A DNA stretch of 42,287 nucleotides, from the NCBI RefSeq assembly GCF_001194135.2, contig NC_068981.1:133202705-133244991 (forward strand), read 5' to 3'. Positions within the stretch are counted from its first letter, which is position 1, and each line of letters opens with the position of its first letter. The notes beneath the pieces were generated by a model. The model searched no databases. It was not told where the DNA came from and saw only the letters and a program-made list of their open reading frames with translations. Positions 1 to 12,080 of this stretch are shown piece after piece. Source of the stretch: Octopus bimaculoides. Taxonomy: Eukaryota. The position numbers were made by a program, and so were the translations under genes.

Positions 1-611
1 AGCTGAATCCCGAAAACAATTCAATTTATATATATATATTAGAATAAGAAACGCGTGTTTCTGGAAACTAAGTCATCTCAGATACAATTAATTATCACAT
101 TTAGCAGACGAAGAACAGAGATATAGAGATTAAATTTTCCCTAATGTATGAACACATTCGCTCAAAGAAAACCACAAAATGCGTAGTGTCAATATTTAGT
201 TGACACGTTACACAATTCTAATCCACTACGCTCACTTTTGGGAGATTTACTCCAGAATACAAAGGAACAAATACAGAACTTGCGTATAAGACAGAACTCA
301 CAGCGTATAAATGAGTGCAACTATTTTCGATGTACACCACGAACGCATCAAGAATCTAGTTTTCTTGAGCACTTTAGGTATGTATTTAGGATGTTAGGCA
401 TGTTTCCTAGTTAAAAAATTATTAGTAAATACACTAATATGAGATCATTAGTTATAGATTTTTTACATAAATAACACTAAAATACACACACACAAAGACA
501 CGCGCACATACATGTATAAGTAGATAACGCTAATTTTTAAGAAGTACAATTACCGTTGAGGGTTGTGAGGTTATGATGTATTTTTAAACAAATGAGGGAT
601 AGTAATAATGG

Positions 612-712
612 TTTCAAATTTTGGCACAAGGCAGGCAAGTTCGGCGGAGGGGGTAAGTCGATTACATCGATCGCAAAGTGCAACTACTACTTATTTTATC
701 GACACCAAAAGC
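612..712 (-). mobile_element. SINE family A 3' fragment
   Basis: TTTCAAATTTTGGCACAAGG...GGGGTAAGTCGATTACATCGA...TACTTATTTTATCGAC matches the copies at 8829, 15654 and 34814 and the reverse complement of 25750-25849. Confidence 0.7.
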
Positions 713-1052
713 GATATAACGTAAGACGAATAAAGATTAACGAAGGCAGTAAACAATGCATCAATTCCCAGTGCAAAATGGCGAACTGTAACTTCAATTG
801 TCCACGATGCACAATGAACCGTCTATACCACAGTAAGCGTGCTAAGGTGAACAGAGTAAATCCACAACGATGAGCCGATTTATATCAAACGTCACCTGAT
901 AGAGTCAATAAAGTGCCCCCTCGGACGAATCAACGTAAACTTAAATAATAAGCGATGTGGGAGTGAAAAACGTCTCATGATAGAGTCGTGTCCATTGATT
1001 GGATGATACTTAATAAACAATGTTTTGTGTCGAGACATCTGGAGTTGTCTCA

Positions 1053-1168
1053 GAAAGAATGAAAGGCAAAGTCGACCTCGGCGGAATTAGAACTCAGAAC
1101 GTAGATACAGACGAAATTCTGCTAAACATTTTACCCGGTATACTAACAATTCTCCCGCTCACCGCCTT
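1053..1168 (-). mobile_element. SINE family A, 5' half
   Basis: GAAAGGCAAAGTCGACCTCGGCGGAATTAGAACTCAGAACG is the reverse complement of the body of the full copy at 25425. Confidence 0.85.
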
Positions 1169-2051
1169 AGGAATGGTAATAAACATATAGTATTAACAAC
1201 TGATGTGGTACAAATTGACAAAAAAATTATGTAACTTAATTAAGAGGAAGTAAGCTGTAATGACAAATCTACATTTGACACAATATAATTGTTTCTCCAA
1301 ATTACAATACATTAGAACTGTTCCACAAAACGAAAGCCGGCAGTATAGCTTTCCTTGCTTCATACCCATTCGATGTCGCTAATACATACTTCCCAGTATT
1401 CATCACAGTTTTTCTTCTAACGATACAGATACACAATATATGCTTATAAATATGTATATATGTGTATGTATATGTGCCTAGAGTAGAAAAGAATACTTAC
1501 GTCAGAGAAACTTAAAGAAACTTCTCTCTTAAAATATGCAGGAATTTTTTAGAATGTCGTTGTCAAATCACGTGTCACAGTGTTTCTATCTTACTTGGTG
1601 TCCTCTGTGGCGAACCCATTTCCCCACTGAATATTCTACGCTATATCAAAAAAATATTCATTCTGATATATAAACCAGTAAGCAAAACTTTCCCTGATGT
1701 GTGGTGTAGCTGACCAGGCTCACATTATGCACACTTTAAACAGGATTACATTAAAATAGCGGTGTGCATAACATTTATATTGTCTATAAAAAATATGGAA
1801 CAGCACTAACTGTCGCTCTTTGTCTCTGAGAAACGTTTCAAAAGTACTTTTTTTGTCAAAACATACAGAGCTCACTCAGAATATCGTCAACGATAGCAGA
1901 TCCCTGAACACAGTGTCTCGACCTAGTCTGGTCTCCTCAGTGATGGACACAATCCAACTACATAGTAATTTCCTGTAATAATTTCAATGGTTACATGATG
2001 TATTCGAAACAATGACACTGTCGATTGCATTTAGTTTAACGGAGTACTCAT

Positions 2052-2104
2052 GTGCCACAGATATGCTCAAACAGGGTTGAACTGGTGTTAAACAACAATA
2101 ACAA
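2052..2104 (+). repeat. Family C interspersed repeat 3' tail
   Basis: TATGCTCAAACAGGGTTGAACTGGTGTTAAACAACAATAACAA closely matches 4651-4693 (TATGCTTAACCAGGGATGATCTGGTATTAAACAACAATAACAA). Confidence 0.55.
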
Positions 2105-2791
2105 AAATAGTAATCATATAGTCTTAACTGAAGCAACTAGCGATGAAAATCAGGCGGTATAACAGCAGTAATATCCATAACCACAACCACTATAACATGA
2201 GTAACGACAACAACAAATGCAACAACAATCCCGTTTGTAGCAACAATTCTTACAATAACATCAACTGCTATCACAGCTCTAACATACACAAGAAAATATT
2301 GCATTTATGATGGTTTTTCTATATTACTAAACCAAGCAATCTTACTTATTCCTGTCAGTTAATCCCTTTCTTAGTTCGGCTTAAAGGTATCGAATTTCTG
2401 TCGTAAAGCACTGTATAACTTTCTTTTTTTCCTGGTGATATTGACTGAAAGTGGAAGCCATTCTGATTCCCGACATATTTTGCTCGTAAAAAGCTTTCTT
2501 AAAACAACAAAATTCGTCTTTCGGCATTATCATCTATATTGTATTTTATGGTTAATGATGTCGATATCTACGGCCTAACGAACTATACAACGATCTTTGA
2601 TTTAAGGATAATGGAATTTTCTGGAGTTCAGTTAGCTGAAGGAAATGCAGATTTACATAAACGTTCATATATACAACGAAAAACTACTATGTACATATTT
2701 ACTGAGTTTATCTACTATAATATTCATTGTGTTCATATACTCAATAATAACACACGCACAAAACATACACACACATATACGTACATACGTA

Positions 2792-2799
<8 letters not shown>

Positions 2800-2838
<39 letters not shown>

Positions 2839-2841
2839 ATA

Positions 2842-2908
<67 letters not shown>
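2800..2908. repeat. Compound microsatellite (AT)n-(CT)n-(TA)n
   Basis: Read directly. Confidence 0.95.
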
Positions 2909-2912
<4 letters not shown>

Positions 2913-3319
2913 GGTAGAAGAAAACGAGTCAGAAGTAATGGAGGTGGAGATGCTTTTTCATTTATTTACACAGATATAAAAAAGTTTGGATTTTCCTAGG
3001 GAATGAGTGAGATATAATACTGCTTATATTCTTTTATTTATTTATTTATTTATTTATTTGTTTATTTATTGAGTTGTCTAGCGTTGGAGATTGAAACTTT
3101 CTTGCAGCTTAAGAAGGGAGTAACCACATTCTTTTATAGTTGACTGGGATGTAGACTGTCGCTAGCAGGTCATCGAGGTCATATGACAGTGAAAACTAAC
3201 TATAGGCCACGAATTCAAGCTAAAAAAATTTTGCAATTGAGATGATTGCGTGCATCCATATGTAACTGTGAGTGCTTCAACATAGGTAGTGATATATGAT
3301 AAGCACGTCCGCACGCGTC

Positions 3320-3349
3320 CACACACACGCACACGCACGCACGCACGCA

Positions 3350-3399
<50 letters not shown>

Positions 3400-3400
3400 C
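3320..3400. repeat. (CA)n/(CACG)n microsatellite
   Basis: Read directly. Confidence 0.95.
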
Positions 3401-4392
3401 AAATATATACACAGTTTTAAATTTAATTCTTTAATCGGTTCAGTCGAGTATAACATTAAGCATGGTAGGCTCATTTCTTGTTCTGGATTTCGTTTCGCTT
3501 TATGTTTTTTCGATAATATTTCAATAACTATGCTTTATATTTGCGCATGCGTAGAAGTGAGTAGTCACAGTTCGCCCTGCGCTACACAAAAGAGGCTGAC
3601 TGGAGTTAAACAGCAGTAAAAGGGACAATAAAATACATATAAGATGTGTAATTTTCCGACTAGATGACTATAATATTCTGTTTTCTGATCGTCTCATTTT
3701 TAATTTCTATTGAGAATTTCCACATAATCTATAGACATCCGCAAACATATTGAAGACTGCAATTATTCCCTTCTAACTTCAATCCCGAGAGAAAAAATGA
3801 ATAATCTGACTCTACAACAATTATCTAGAAGCCTGATCCCGAACAGACGAAAAGTATCGATGATAAAATGTCTCACCTCCATTCTTCAGAATAACAAGAA
3901 AAGGCCGTAAATGTAGTCAAGTGTGGCAGTCAACGGTATAAATATGGCACCCATGCAAAGAATAAACAATTAGGAACCTTTAATATGACGCGCCCAGCAT
4001 TCATAGCACAAAAAGGAGAATACAAAGTAAATAAGTAAAGCGACGCATTAAAAAATTCCCGACTATTTTCACTTGTGAGATATTTGTCAATTCAGTGCTA
4101 TAATATAAGACTCTTGCCGAAAGTGTCATGAAGTGAGACCAAAAATTGAACCTTAGCGCATGGATATGAAAAGTTTTTGCACAGCTGTTTTGGCACCGCC
4201 TGATTGGCGTCGCTGATTCGACGTTGACTTATTTGACATCAGACATTTTAACATTTTCCTCGTTTTCTCTCTCTTTTTCTTTCTCTCCCCTTCTCTCTAA
4301 GTGTATGGGCATGTAGTTATGCGTATATGTACGAGAAATGTCTTGTTCTCTCATTCTCTATCTGTATATTTCTACATGCACATGACATGCGT

Positions 4393-4515
<123 letters not shown>

Positions 4516-4599
4516 TCTCCATTACCAAAAAATACTGTCGTCCAAACAGGTGGACTGTCCAATCAGCGGTACCAAATTGTCTCATTTTGTCCCAGTATA

Positions 4600-4693
4600 A
4601 TCATATATAAGATAAGGCATGCTTATAGCTAAGACGCTTTTGATCAGAAGTATGCTTAACCAGGGATGATCTGGTATTAAACAACAATAACAA
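4600..4693 (+). repeat. Family C interspersed repeat 3' end
   Basis: Shares its tail with 2052-2104. Weaker similarity to the reverse complement of about 37158-37230. Confidence 0.55.
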
Positions 4694-5546
4694 CATGTTG
4701 ACTACATTTCATGATCCCCAATGAAATAGAAAGTGTTGTATACCTGGAATGCCATGTTGTTGTGTGACCATCAACCTATATTCAATAGATCTGTACGATC
4801 AGAGCTGACTGCATAACGACAGCAACCACCACCAACACCATCCCCCATCCCCCACCACCATCTTCATTATCATAATCAGCAGCAATATGGCTGTTAAATC
4901 ACCAATAAAAGTTATTTTTAAGAAGTTATGCTCGAAGTAAACAGTCTGCAAAACTTCACATTCGCAATCTAAGACGAGTAGTAATTTTAACATCCGTTAC
5001 AAAACTTTTAAAAAGTTTTTCACCGAATATTTACTCTGAATAATCATCAAACAACATTAACATGCTACCTTGACTCACCTATTAAACTTACGTTTATGTA
5101 AGTTTAAAACTATTTACTAACATAAGCAAAAAAAAAAAAGCAAATAATACATTTATTTGTTATTCAATTTTATTTTTTTGCTTATGCTAATGAATAGCTT
5201 CGAATAGTTTCACGCTTGCATACTATTTCTAGCTCACATAAATTTTCTAGCAACATATATATTTATATTTCTCTCACACTTCCGCTTTGCCTGTATGTTT
5301 ATTGGTTTCTCCTCTCTCCTTGACCCTCTCACTCACTCTCTTTTTCACTCTCTCTCTCTCTTACTCCCTCTCCCTTTATCTTGTTAAATATATCTATATA
5401 TATATCTTGTCACATATATATGTGTATATGTATATGTATATGTATATATATGTTTGTGTGCGTTTGTATGTGTATAAATATATATATACATATATACATA
5501 CATGCATAGGCATATATATGTGCACACGTGTATATATGTTCATATA

Positions 5547-5582
<36 letters not shown>

Positions 5583-5712
5583 NNNNNNNNNNNNNNNNNN
5601 NNNNNNNNNNNNNNNNNNNNNNNNNNNNNNNNNNNNNNNNNNNNNNNNNNNNNNNNNNNNNNNNNNNNNNNNNNNNNNNNNNNNNNNNNNNNNNNNNNNN
5701 NNNNTATATATT

Positions 5713-5784
<72 letters not shown>

Positions 5785-5887
5785 GCATTATTCAGTTTTA
5801 TTTCAAGATTTCTTGTCAATAGAGAAAAAGTAAGTTTTTAACCTAGATCCAAAGTTCCTTTATTAAAACTTCAACATCAACAACAGG

Positions 5888-5918
<31 letters not shown>

Positions 5919-6425
5919 TATATATATATATATGTATGTATGCATGTATATGCGCAAATTTGTATGCTTTATTTCATGTATGTAATCTCATGCATATAGT
6001 TGCATATCTAATCATGCTCATATATGTTAAAATGATAAACTTGTGGAAAGTTTTACAGATTTTTACAGTTCCAGTGATTGATTGGATCTGTAGTCTTCGA
6101 ATCAGTTTTGTCCTTTCAGGTTTTGAGAAGCCTAATTTCTCAAAATTGATATTTAGGCAGTGTGTTACAGATCCTAGGGCCCCAATAATTACAGGTAAAA
6201 ACCTGAATGTGTTATTTGGAGAGATTAACTGCAGATTTCTCAATAGTTCAGCGTAGGTGTTACCTTTTTCACTGATCTTCAGTTTTATGTTAGCATCCGC
6301 TGGGCAGCTAATTTCCCCAACTGTGCACAGTTTCTCTTCTTTATCCCAAATGATTATATTGGGTCCATAGTGCTTACATTTTATTGGGGTCTTCACAGGT
6401 ACATTCCGTTAGTACTCCTTTTTTT
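5785..6425 (-). mobile_element. 5'-truncated RLE-type non-LTR retrotransposon: endonuclease C-terminus plus 3' UTR
   Basis: Minus strand reads KEY*RNVPVKTPIKCKHYGPNIIIWDKEEKLCTVGEISCP...PVIIGALGSV...LQIQSITGTVKICKTF, the layout of the PD-(D/E)xK restriction-like endonuclease of R2/R4/NeSL-group elements. It has an in-frame stop and PD changed to PN. The 3' UTR has AATAAA motifs and ends against (TACA)n. Confidence 0.88.
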
Positions 6426-6449
6426 AATTAGAGGCTATGGTTTCTACTG

Positions 6450-6550
6450 TATGTAAGTGTGTATGTATGTATGTATGTATGTATGTATGTATGTATGTAT
6501 GTATGTATGTATGTATGCATGTATGTATGTATGTATGTATGTATGTATGT
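6450..6550. repeat. (TATG)n microsatellite
   Basis: Read directly. Confidence 0.95.
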
Positions 6551-6714
6551 GTGTGCGTATGTATATATGTGTGTATGTACGTATACTTCCTTCCGTCACG
6601 TCTGTTTTAAACTCTTTTCTTAAATTTTTTAATATAATTAATGATTCTTATAATTTAAGAAAATATTTGAAATATTGGGATTGTATAAAGAAAATCTCTC
6701 TTAACATATATAAA

Positions 6715-6876
6715 GGTGCAGACATGGCTGTGTGGTAGGAAGTTAGCTTTCCAGCCACAGGGTCTCAGGTCCAGTTCCACTGAGTGGCACCTTGGGCAAG
6801 TGCCTTCTTCTAGAGCCACGGGCAGATTAAAGCTTTATGAGTGGATTTGGAAGATGAAAGCTAAAAGAAGCCCGTC
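6715..6876 (+). mobile_element. tRNA-derived SINE with CORE-like domain
   Basis: A-box TGGCTGTGTGG (6725-6735), degenerate B-box GGTCCAGTTCC (6768-6778), and CACCTTGGGCAAGT (6788-6801) resembling the MIR/CORE-SINE core motif. Followed by (CA)n. Confidence 0.8.
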
Positions 6877-7256
6877 ACACACACACACACGCATAAGAAA
6901 TTTAAAAAAGGAAAATGCATACACTTTACATAGTTTCATTATATTTTAAAATATATTTTATATTGTGTTTGTCGATTGGTTTCGTTTTCGCTAATAATAA
7001 CATTAAAATTATTTTTCTTAAGAAAAATTTCCTTATCCATGTTGTGTGTGGAGTTTATGAATTAATGATTGAACAAGTAGAACAATCTAAGGGGAGGTAA
7101 TTGGTGATCGTTAAAATTGTGGACAGGGGAGATAATTGTTCATCTTTCGGTGGGAGTGGTGAATATACACAAATGTTCAAAAGCTAAAGTACTGGTGAGA
7201 AATATGCACAGTGATGGGTATGTAATCGTGAATTAAAATATGTATAGTGATCAATG

Positions 7257-7577
7257 TTATGCGTGTATATTCAGACGTATTCTGTATTTTTCAATGAATA
7301 AATTTTCTGTATTTAAACGTTCTTGTATAGAAATTGTATCTTTGCACAGGTAGAAGGGAAAAATTGTGAAATTTGGTTTGATGTTACCTGCACATCTCTC
7401 TACGTGTTCATTTAAAGGAATCTGTCTATATTGCGGGAACCGAATCTGCTCTTTATGTAGAGTGGTTCTCCGTCTCAATGTCATACTCATCTGTCTTATT
7501 TAGTGATGTCCACAACCCGAGCAGGTTATTACGTAAATTAGATTCTCAGAGGCACAAGTGAAGTTGGTTTTAATCAT
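7257..7577 (-). mobile_element. Penelope-like element GIY-YIG endonuclease remnant
   Basis: One minus-strand frame reads MIKTNFTCASENLIYVITCSGCGHH*IRQMSMTLRRRTTLHKEQIRFPQYRQIPLNEHVERC...FTIFPFY...ERLNTENLFIEKYRIRLN. This gives LIY..C..C...(Y)I(G), with the YIG disabled (TAA at 7500-7502, G to R). Confidence 0.85.
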
Positions 7578-7599
7578 ATATATAGGATGTGTGTTTGTG

Positions 7600-7807
7600 T
7601 GTTTGCGTCTGTTTGTCCATCACCACGGCTTGGCAACCAGTATTTATGTTTACCTCCACGTAACTTAGCGGTTCGGGCAAAATGACCGACAGAATACATA
7701 CCAGGCTTTAAAAATAAGTACTAGAGTCAATTCATTCGACTAAAATTTCTTTAAGGCGGTGCTCAAGCATAGCCTCACTCTAATGACTGAAACAAGTAAA
7801 AGATAAA

Positions 7808-7810
<3 letters not shown>
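7600..7810 (+). mobile_element. SINE family B 3' portion
   Basis: TAACTTAGCGGTTCGG...AAGGCGGTGCTCAAGCATAGCC...TGACTGAAACAAGTAAAAGATAAAAGA is shared with 27490-27677, 37895-37952 and the reverse complement of 40728-40920. Confidence 0.8.
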
Positions 7811-7846
<36 letters not shown>

Positions 7847-7954
7847 NNNNNNNNNNNNNNNNNNNNNNNNNNNNNNNNNNNNNNNNNNNNNNNNNNNNNN
7901 NNNNNNNNNNNNNNNNNNNNNNNNNNNNNNNNNNNNNNNNNNNATATATATACG

Positions 7955-8200
7955 TATATATATTGTTGTATTTGGGGACGGTCATGTTGCCAGTTTAGCC
8001 AATAAAAACACACGCACTATATATTTGGTGTTAATTTGCTTCAGCTTTATTTTACATTGCATTAATCGTATTTGAGTTCTTTCGTCACACTTCTGTGACC
8101 TCATCAGTGGTCCTTTGCTTTCTTCTTTCCTATTTGTGTGCCTTTCCTTATTAACGATTAGCCATTTTGACAAAATGGCTGAGTTCGTCTCTTACTGATG
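7955..8200 (-). mobile_element. Putative PLE-type terminal repeat carrying a hammerhead-like core
   Basis: Minus strand contains CTGATGA-G-GTCACA-GAAG-TGTGAC-GAAA (8107 to 8080) and ends in (TA)n like the other PLE termini here. The boundaries and PLE assignment are inferred. Confidence 0.45.
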
Positions 8201-8583
8201 TGGGGTGGTTATATCATAGGGACATCATACAAATTATTACCTTCATAACTTCTTTGACCACCCAGCAGCGTATCAGACTAAAATCAGCAGGGCATGTACT
8301 TCTTATTGATAATGGAAACGTCTACACTAAGGAACATCTATTTTATAGATAACTATGTTCGTGGAAAATATCTCCTTTTAAATGGAAGTTAATATGCAAA
8401 GACTGCTTTGAATGTGATCGGAAGAAAAACAGCGATATTCCTGTGGAAGTTTAGGAAATCTTTGCTATTGACACAGTAACTAGGAGAGAAATACATGTAT
8501 GAATGCATCCATTCATTTTTAAAATAATCGCATTAAACACTCATAGTTTAAACGGAATGCAAGGAGATCTATAAACATCAACT

Positions 8584-8666
8584 CCAGAAGGATGAAGAGT
8601 AAAGTTTACCTCGGTTGAATTTGAACTCAGAACGGCGTGCTGACGATTCTGTCTGCTCAAGGCCTT
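8584..8666 (-). mobile_element. SINE family A fragment with internal deletion
   Basis: ...GAATTTGAACTCAGAACG is joined directly to GCGTGCTGACGATTCTG. The segment present between them in other copies is absent. Confidence 0.7.
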
Positions 8667-8828
8667 AAGGAAACCTATAAATATTAATAATTATTTCAAA
8701 TGTCCAAGTTTGTCTGTCTAAGGTTATTCTTGTTATCCACTGAGAGTTTTCTTTTTAACTCGGTAAAGTGGGCGAGTTGGAGAAATTTATGAAATTACTT
8801 CAGTAAATGAGAGTAAAAACTATATTGG

Positions 8829-9040
8829 TTACAAATTTTGGTACAACGTCAGCAATTTCTAGGAAGTGGCGCGTAAGCCTACAACATCGACCCTAGAGCT
8901 CAACTGGTACTTATTTTATCGTGTTCGATTGGATGAAAGGCAAAGTCGACATCGCTGAATTTGATTCAGAACGTAAAGACGGACGAAATGACACGAAACA
9001 TTTTTCCCGGCGCACTAAAGATTCTGCCTGCTCGTCGCCT
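8829..9040 (-). mobile_element. SINE family A, near full length
   Basis: Colinear with the reverse complement of the monomers at 25425-25849. Confidence 0.85.
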
Positions 9041-9132
9041 ATAATTAGAAAACTGTATTAAAACTGTCGGGTTGATGACATAGAAAGTAGACTGCGAGAG
9101 AAAGTGAGAAAGACATAGATAGATAAATAGAG

Positions 9133-9175
<43 letters not shown>

Positions 9176-9264
9176 AGATAAACTTGAGGAATAAGTAATG
9201 CAAATATTAAATGTACTTAATATATGATTATTATATGCGGTCGGAGAAAGATGCTAATGATATT

Positions 9265-9615
9265 ATTTCTGATTTAGATACAAGGACAGCAATTTTGAGC
9301 GAAGGAGGTAGTCAACACCATGAACCTTGGTATTTTGGTGTACATTATTTTATCGCCTCCGAAAGGATAAAGAATTTGATAATTATATCTAAGTAAAGAA
9401 CCTAATAATTATTTCTAATGTAGGAACAAGGCCTGAAATTAGGATTGAGGGTATAGTCGCTTAAATCGATCCCAGTACTTTATTGAGACTGCAATTTATG
9501 AGTTACTTGAAGAATGAAAAAAATGAAGTTAACATCAGCGGTATTTGAAACCTCGAAATGACGAAATAGTTAGAGAAAAGTAATTTGTCTGACGCTCTAA
9601 CGACTCTGCCAATCC
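9265..9615 (-). mobile_element. Two degenerate SINE family A copies (about 9265-9372 and 9409-9615)
   Basis: TTATTTTATCGCCTCCGAAAGGAT and TAGGAACAAGGCCTGAAATT...CGATCCCAGTACT...GCGGTATTTGAA match family A. Confidence 0.65.
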
Positions 9616-10199
9616 ATCAAACATTTAGCATAACCAAATCCCTAGCATTATGATACACTCTAGTTCGTATTTTAAGGGAAAATTAGTGTAAAAGAACCGA
9701 GATATCTGGTGCAAATTACTGAAGCGCTTTATTTAAAGGGTTAACCTGAATCATAGACATTAGTTTGAAAATAACTTAAATATTAAATTACTGAATTAAA
9801 GTGCACATCAAGTTCTAAATAAATAAATAAATGGATAAATGTTTTTGTAGGAGCAAAAGAGTATGGGTTTAACGTATTTAGTAGTATAGTAAAGTGGATT
9901 AAATATTATAATGTAATGTGAAAGTATTTAATATATTGAATAAAAGATGACAGAATATATGTTTAGAATATGGTGACAGAAAAGGCAAACATAGATTTAG
10001 AATTAAAGATTATAATTTAGCGGGGAGTACTGTAAATGCATGTAAAAGAAAAGATTAGTAAATTCATGGGAGTGTTGCGAAAAACGAAATACAGGACTCT
10101 AAGTGCATAGGAAGAAATATAAAAAATAAGCATGGAAAAGCAAAAAAAGTTTTAAATATATATAAAAGGTGTGCGTATATGTGCACGCATGTGTTTGTG

Positions 10200-10233
<34 letters not shown>

Positions 10234-10250
10234 CATATATTGTACATATA

Positions 10251-10294
<44 letters not shown>

Positions 10295-10361
10295 AAGGGC
10301 ATTATTACAGAAAAACATATACACTGTACAGATATACATGTGTGTGTATAAATATATATAA

Positions 10362-10394
<33 letters not shown>

Positions 10395-10610
10395 TGTATG
10401 TATGTATATAACTATGTATACACGAAAGCACATGCATGTATAAGTACACTAATAAACACATATACACATACAATATATATGCATTTATATATAAGACTAA
10501 TTTTTCGTAAATAACTACTTGTTGGCATATATGTTGTTATGAATATACGTTTCTATGTATAGATGTATACCTGTATCAATTTTCCTCGCTTTTAGTTTTC
10601 CATTCTTCCC

Positions 10611-10718
<108 letters not shown>

Positions 10719-11849
10719 ATCTTCTTCCAATGTTTGTGTGTGTGTGTGTGTGTACGTGCTTACGTCTGCGTGTGTGTATATATACATTTACGTTTTGTGT
10801 GTGTGTGTATGTATATCAATATTTAAGTCAATGTTCCTATGAATGCGTATATGTGTTGAAATCAATACAGCTTTGTTGTTACATGAGATTCTTTGTATGT
10901 TTCAATGTTATAAATACTTATTAATGATGAATTTATCTTTTAAATGTCATTCAGTCGATTGAAAGAAACTTGACATCAAATGAATGAGGGAGATGGGAGG
11001 GAGATATAGTTTTATAGACAATACGTGAGTGTATTAAAAAGAAATGCATCTGTGAATAAATGAAAGACGACATAGACAAACTATGTTGTACTATGTGTCC
11101 GTATACGCACGTACGTACGTACGTACATACATGCATACATACACACACACGCTCGCATACACGAACACTCACACACACACACACACATGTAAATTTGATG
11201 TATGCACCTCGAAACTGTTTAAAATTAATATCATTATCTCTGTGGCATACTAAATATATGCAAACCGTTGGAATGCATGATGCTGTGGAATTCTCAGAGG
11301 TAAAGTCTCTTCATAGGTGAAAATCTCTTCAACGAATATCATCGGTGCATAAAAATGACAGACAGGTTTATGATATCTGTGCACCAGATTGTCAACTGTT
11401 TAAACGAAATTAGTGTCTAGATATACAGAAAACAGTCACTGATAATCCAGAAGCTTGCTGAGCTGTATCAAAATGTTAATGCATCGAAAGGAAAGAACAT
11501 TAAACTAAATCATACTAAATGGATACACAATGCTGGAAGAGATGGCGCTGGGGAACTGTCTGGGAGTTTATTCCTAGCCTTGTTGCATTTGTGAGCATTA
11601 TAAAAATTCCGCTGTTACTTAATTTTCGAACGTACAGGGAAAGAGAATCGGAGTTAGGTCACACGCAAGACAGACACGAATAAATTCAGCTGTTGTCTCT
11701 ATTCTTGAATATGTTCGCCGTTAATTTTGTATAAACCATCTAGATGTTGTTTGTATGTGTTACAATTTCTCTATATATCACCCATAGAAAAGAAAAGCAA
11801 AAACCTATATGTAGGCAATTTACGGTTGAAATGGGATTGATTTGATGTT

Positions 11850-12080
11850 CACCTTAGATTGTGGCTTTTGATCAGTGAAGTATTACTATGAAGGCAACTG
11901 TGGTTTAACTTCATGAGCCTGTGGTTTATATATGTGGTTATGAAATACAATCTTAACCAGGAAATTCCCACCTATGTTAGTGGAAAGAATTTTATCGAAG
12001 GATGAGTTGAACCGAATCACTTTTCCGGTTCTGATATTATGTCGGACAAATTCTTTGTATATCACCGCCTCGTTAATCAC
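11850..12080 (-). mobile_element. Penelope-like element RT-to-endonuclease linker remnant
   Basis: KVIRFNSSFDKILSTNIGGNFL, then after a frameshift KLNHSCLHSNTSLIKSHN. These resemble the PLE motifs (I)WFNPPFSxNVxTNIGxxFL and KxSYSCxPNxxxIIxxHN. Confidence 0.65.

Noticed and set aside
592-873. 93-aa ORF
   Set aside because: Its first half is an antisense SINE fragment, and it has no recognisable domain or splice context.
8160-8180. AGCCATTTT-GAC-AAAATGGCT hairpin
   Set aside because: A 9-bp stem is within chance expectation for 42 kb and does not supply the missing hammerhead stem I.
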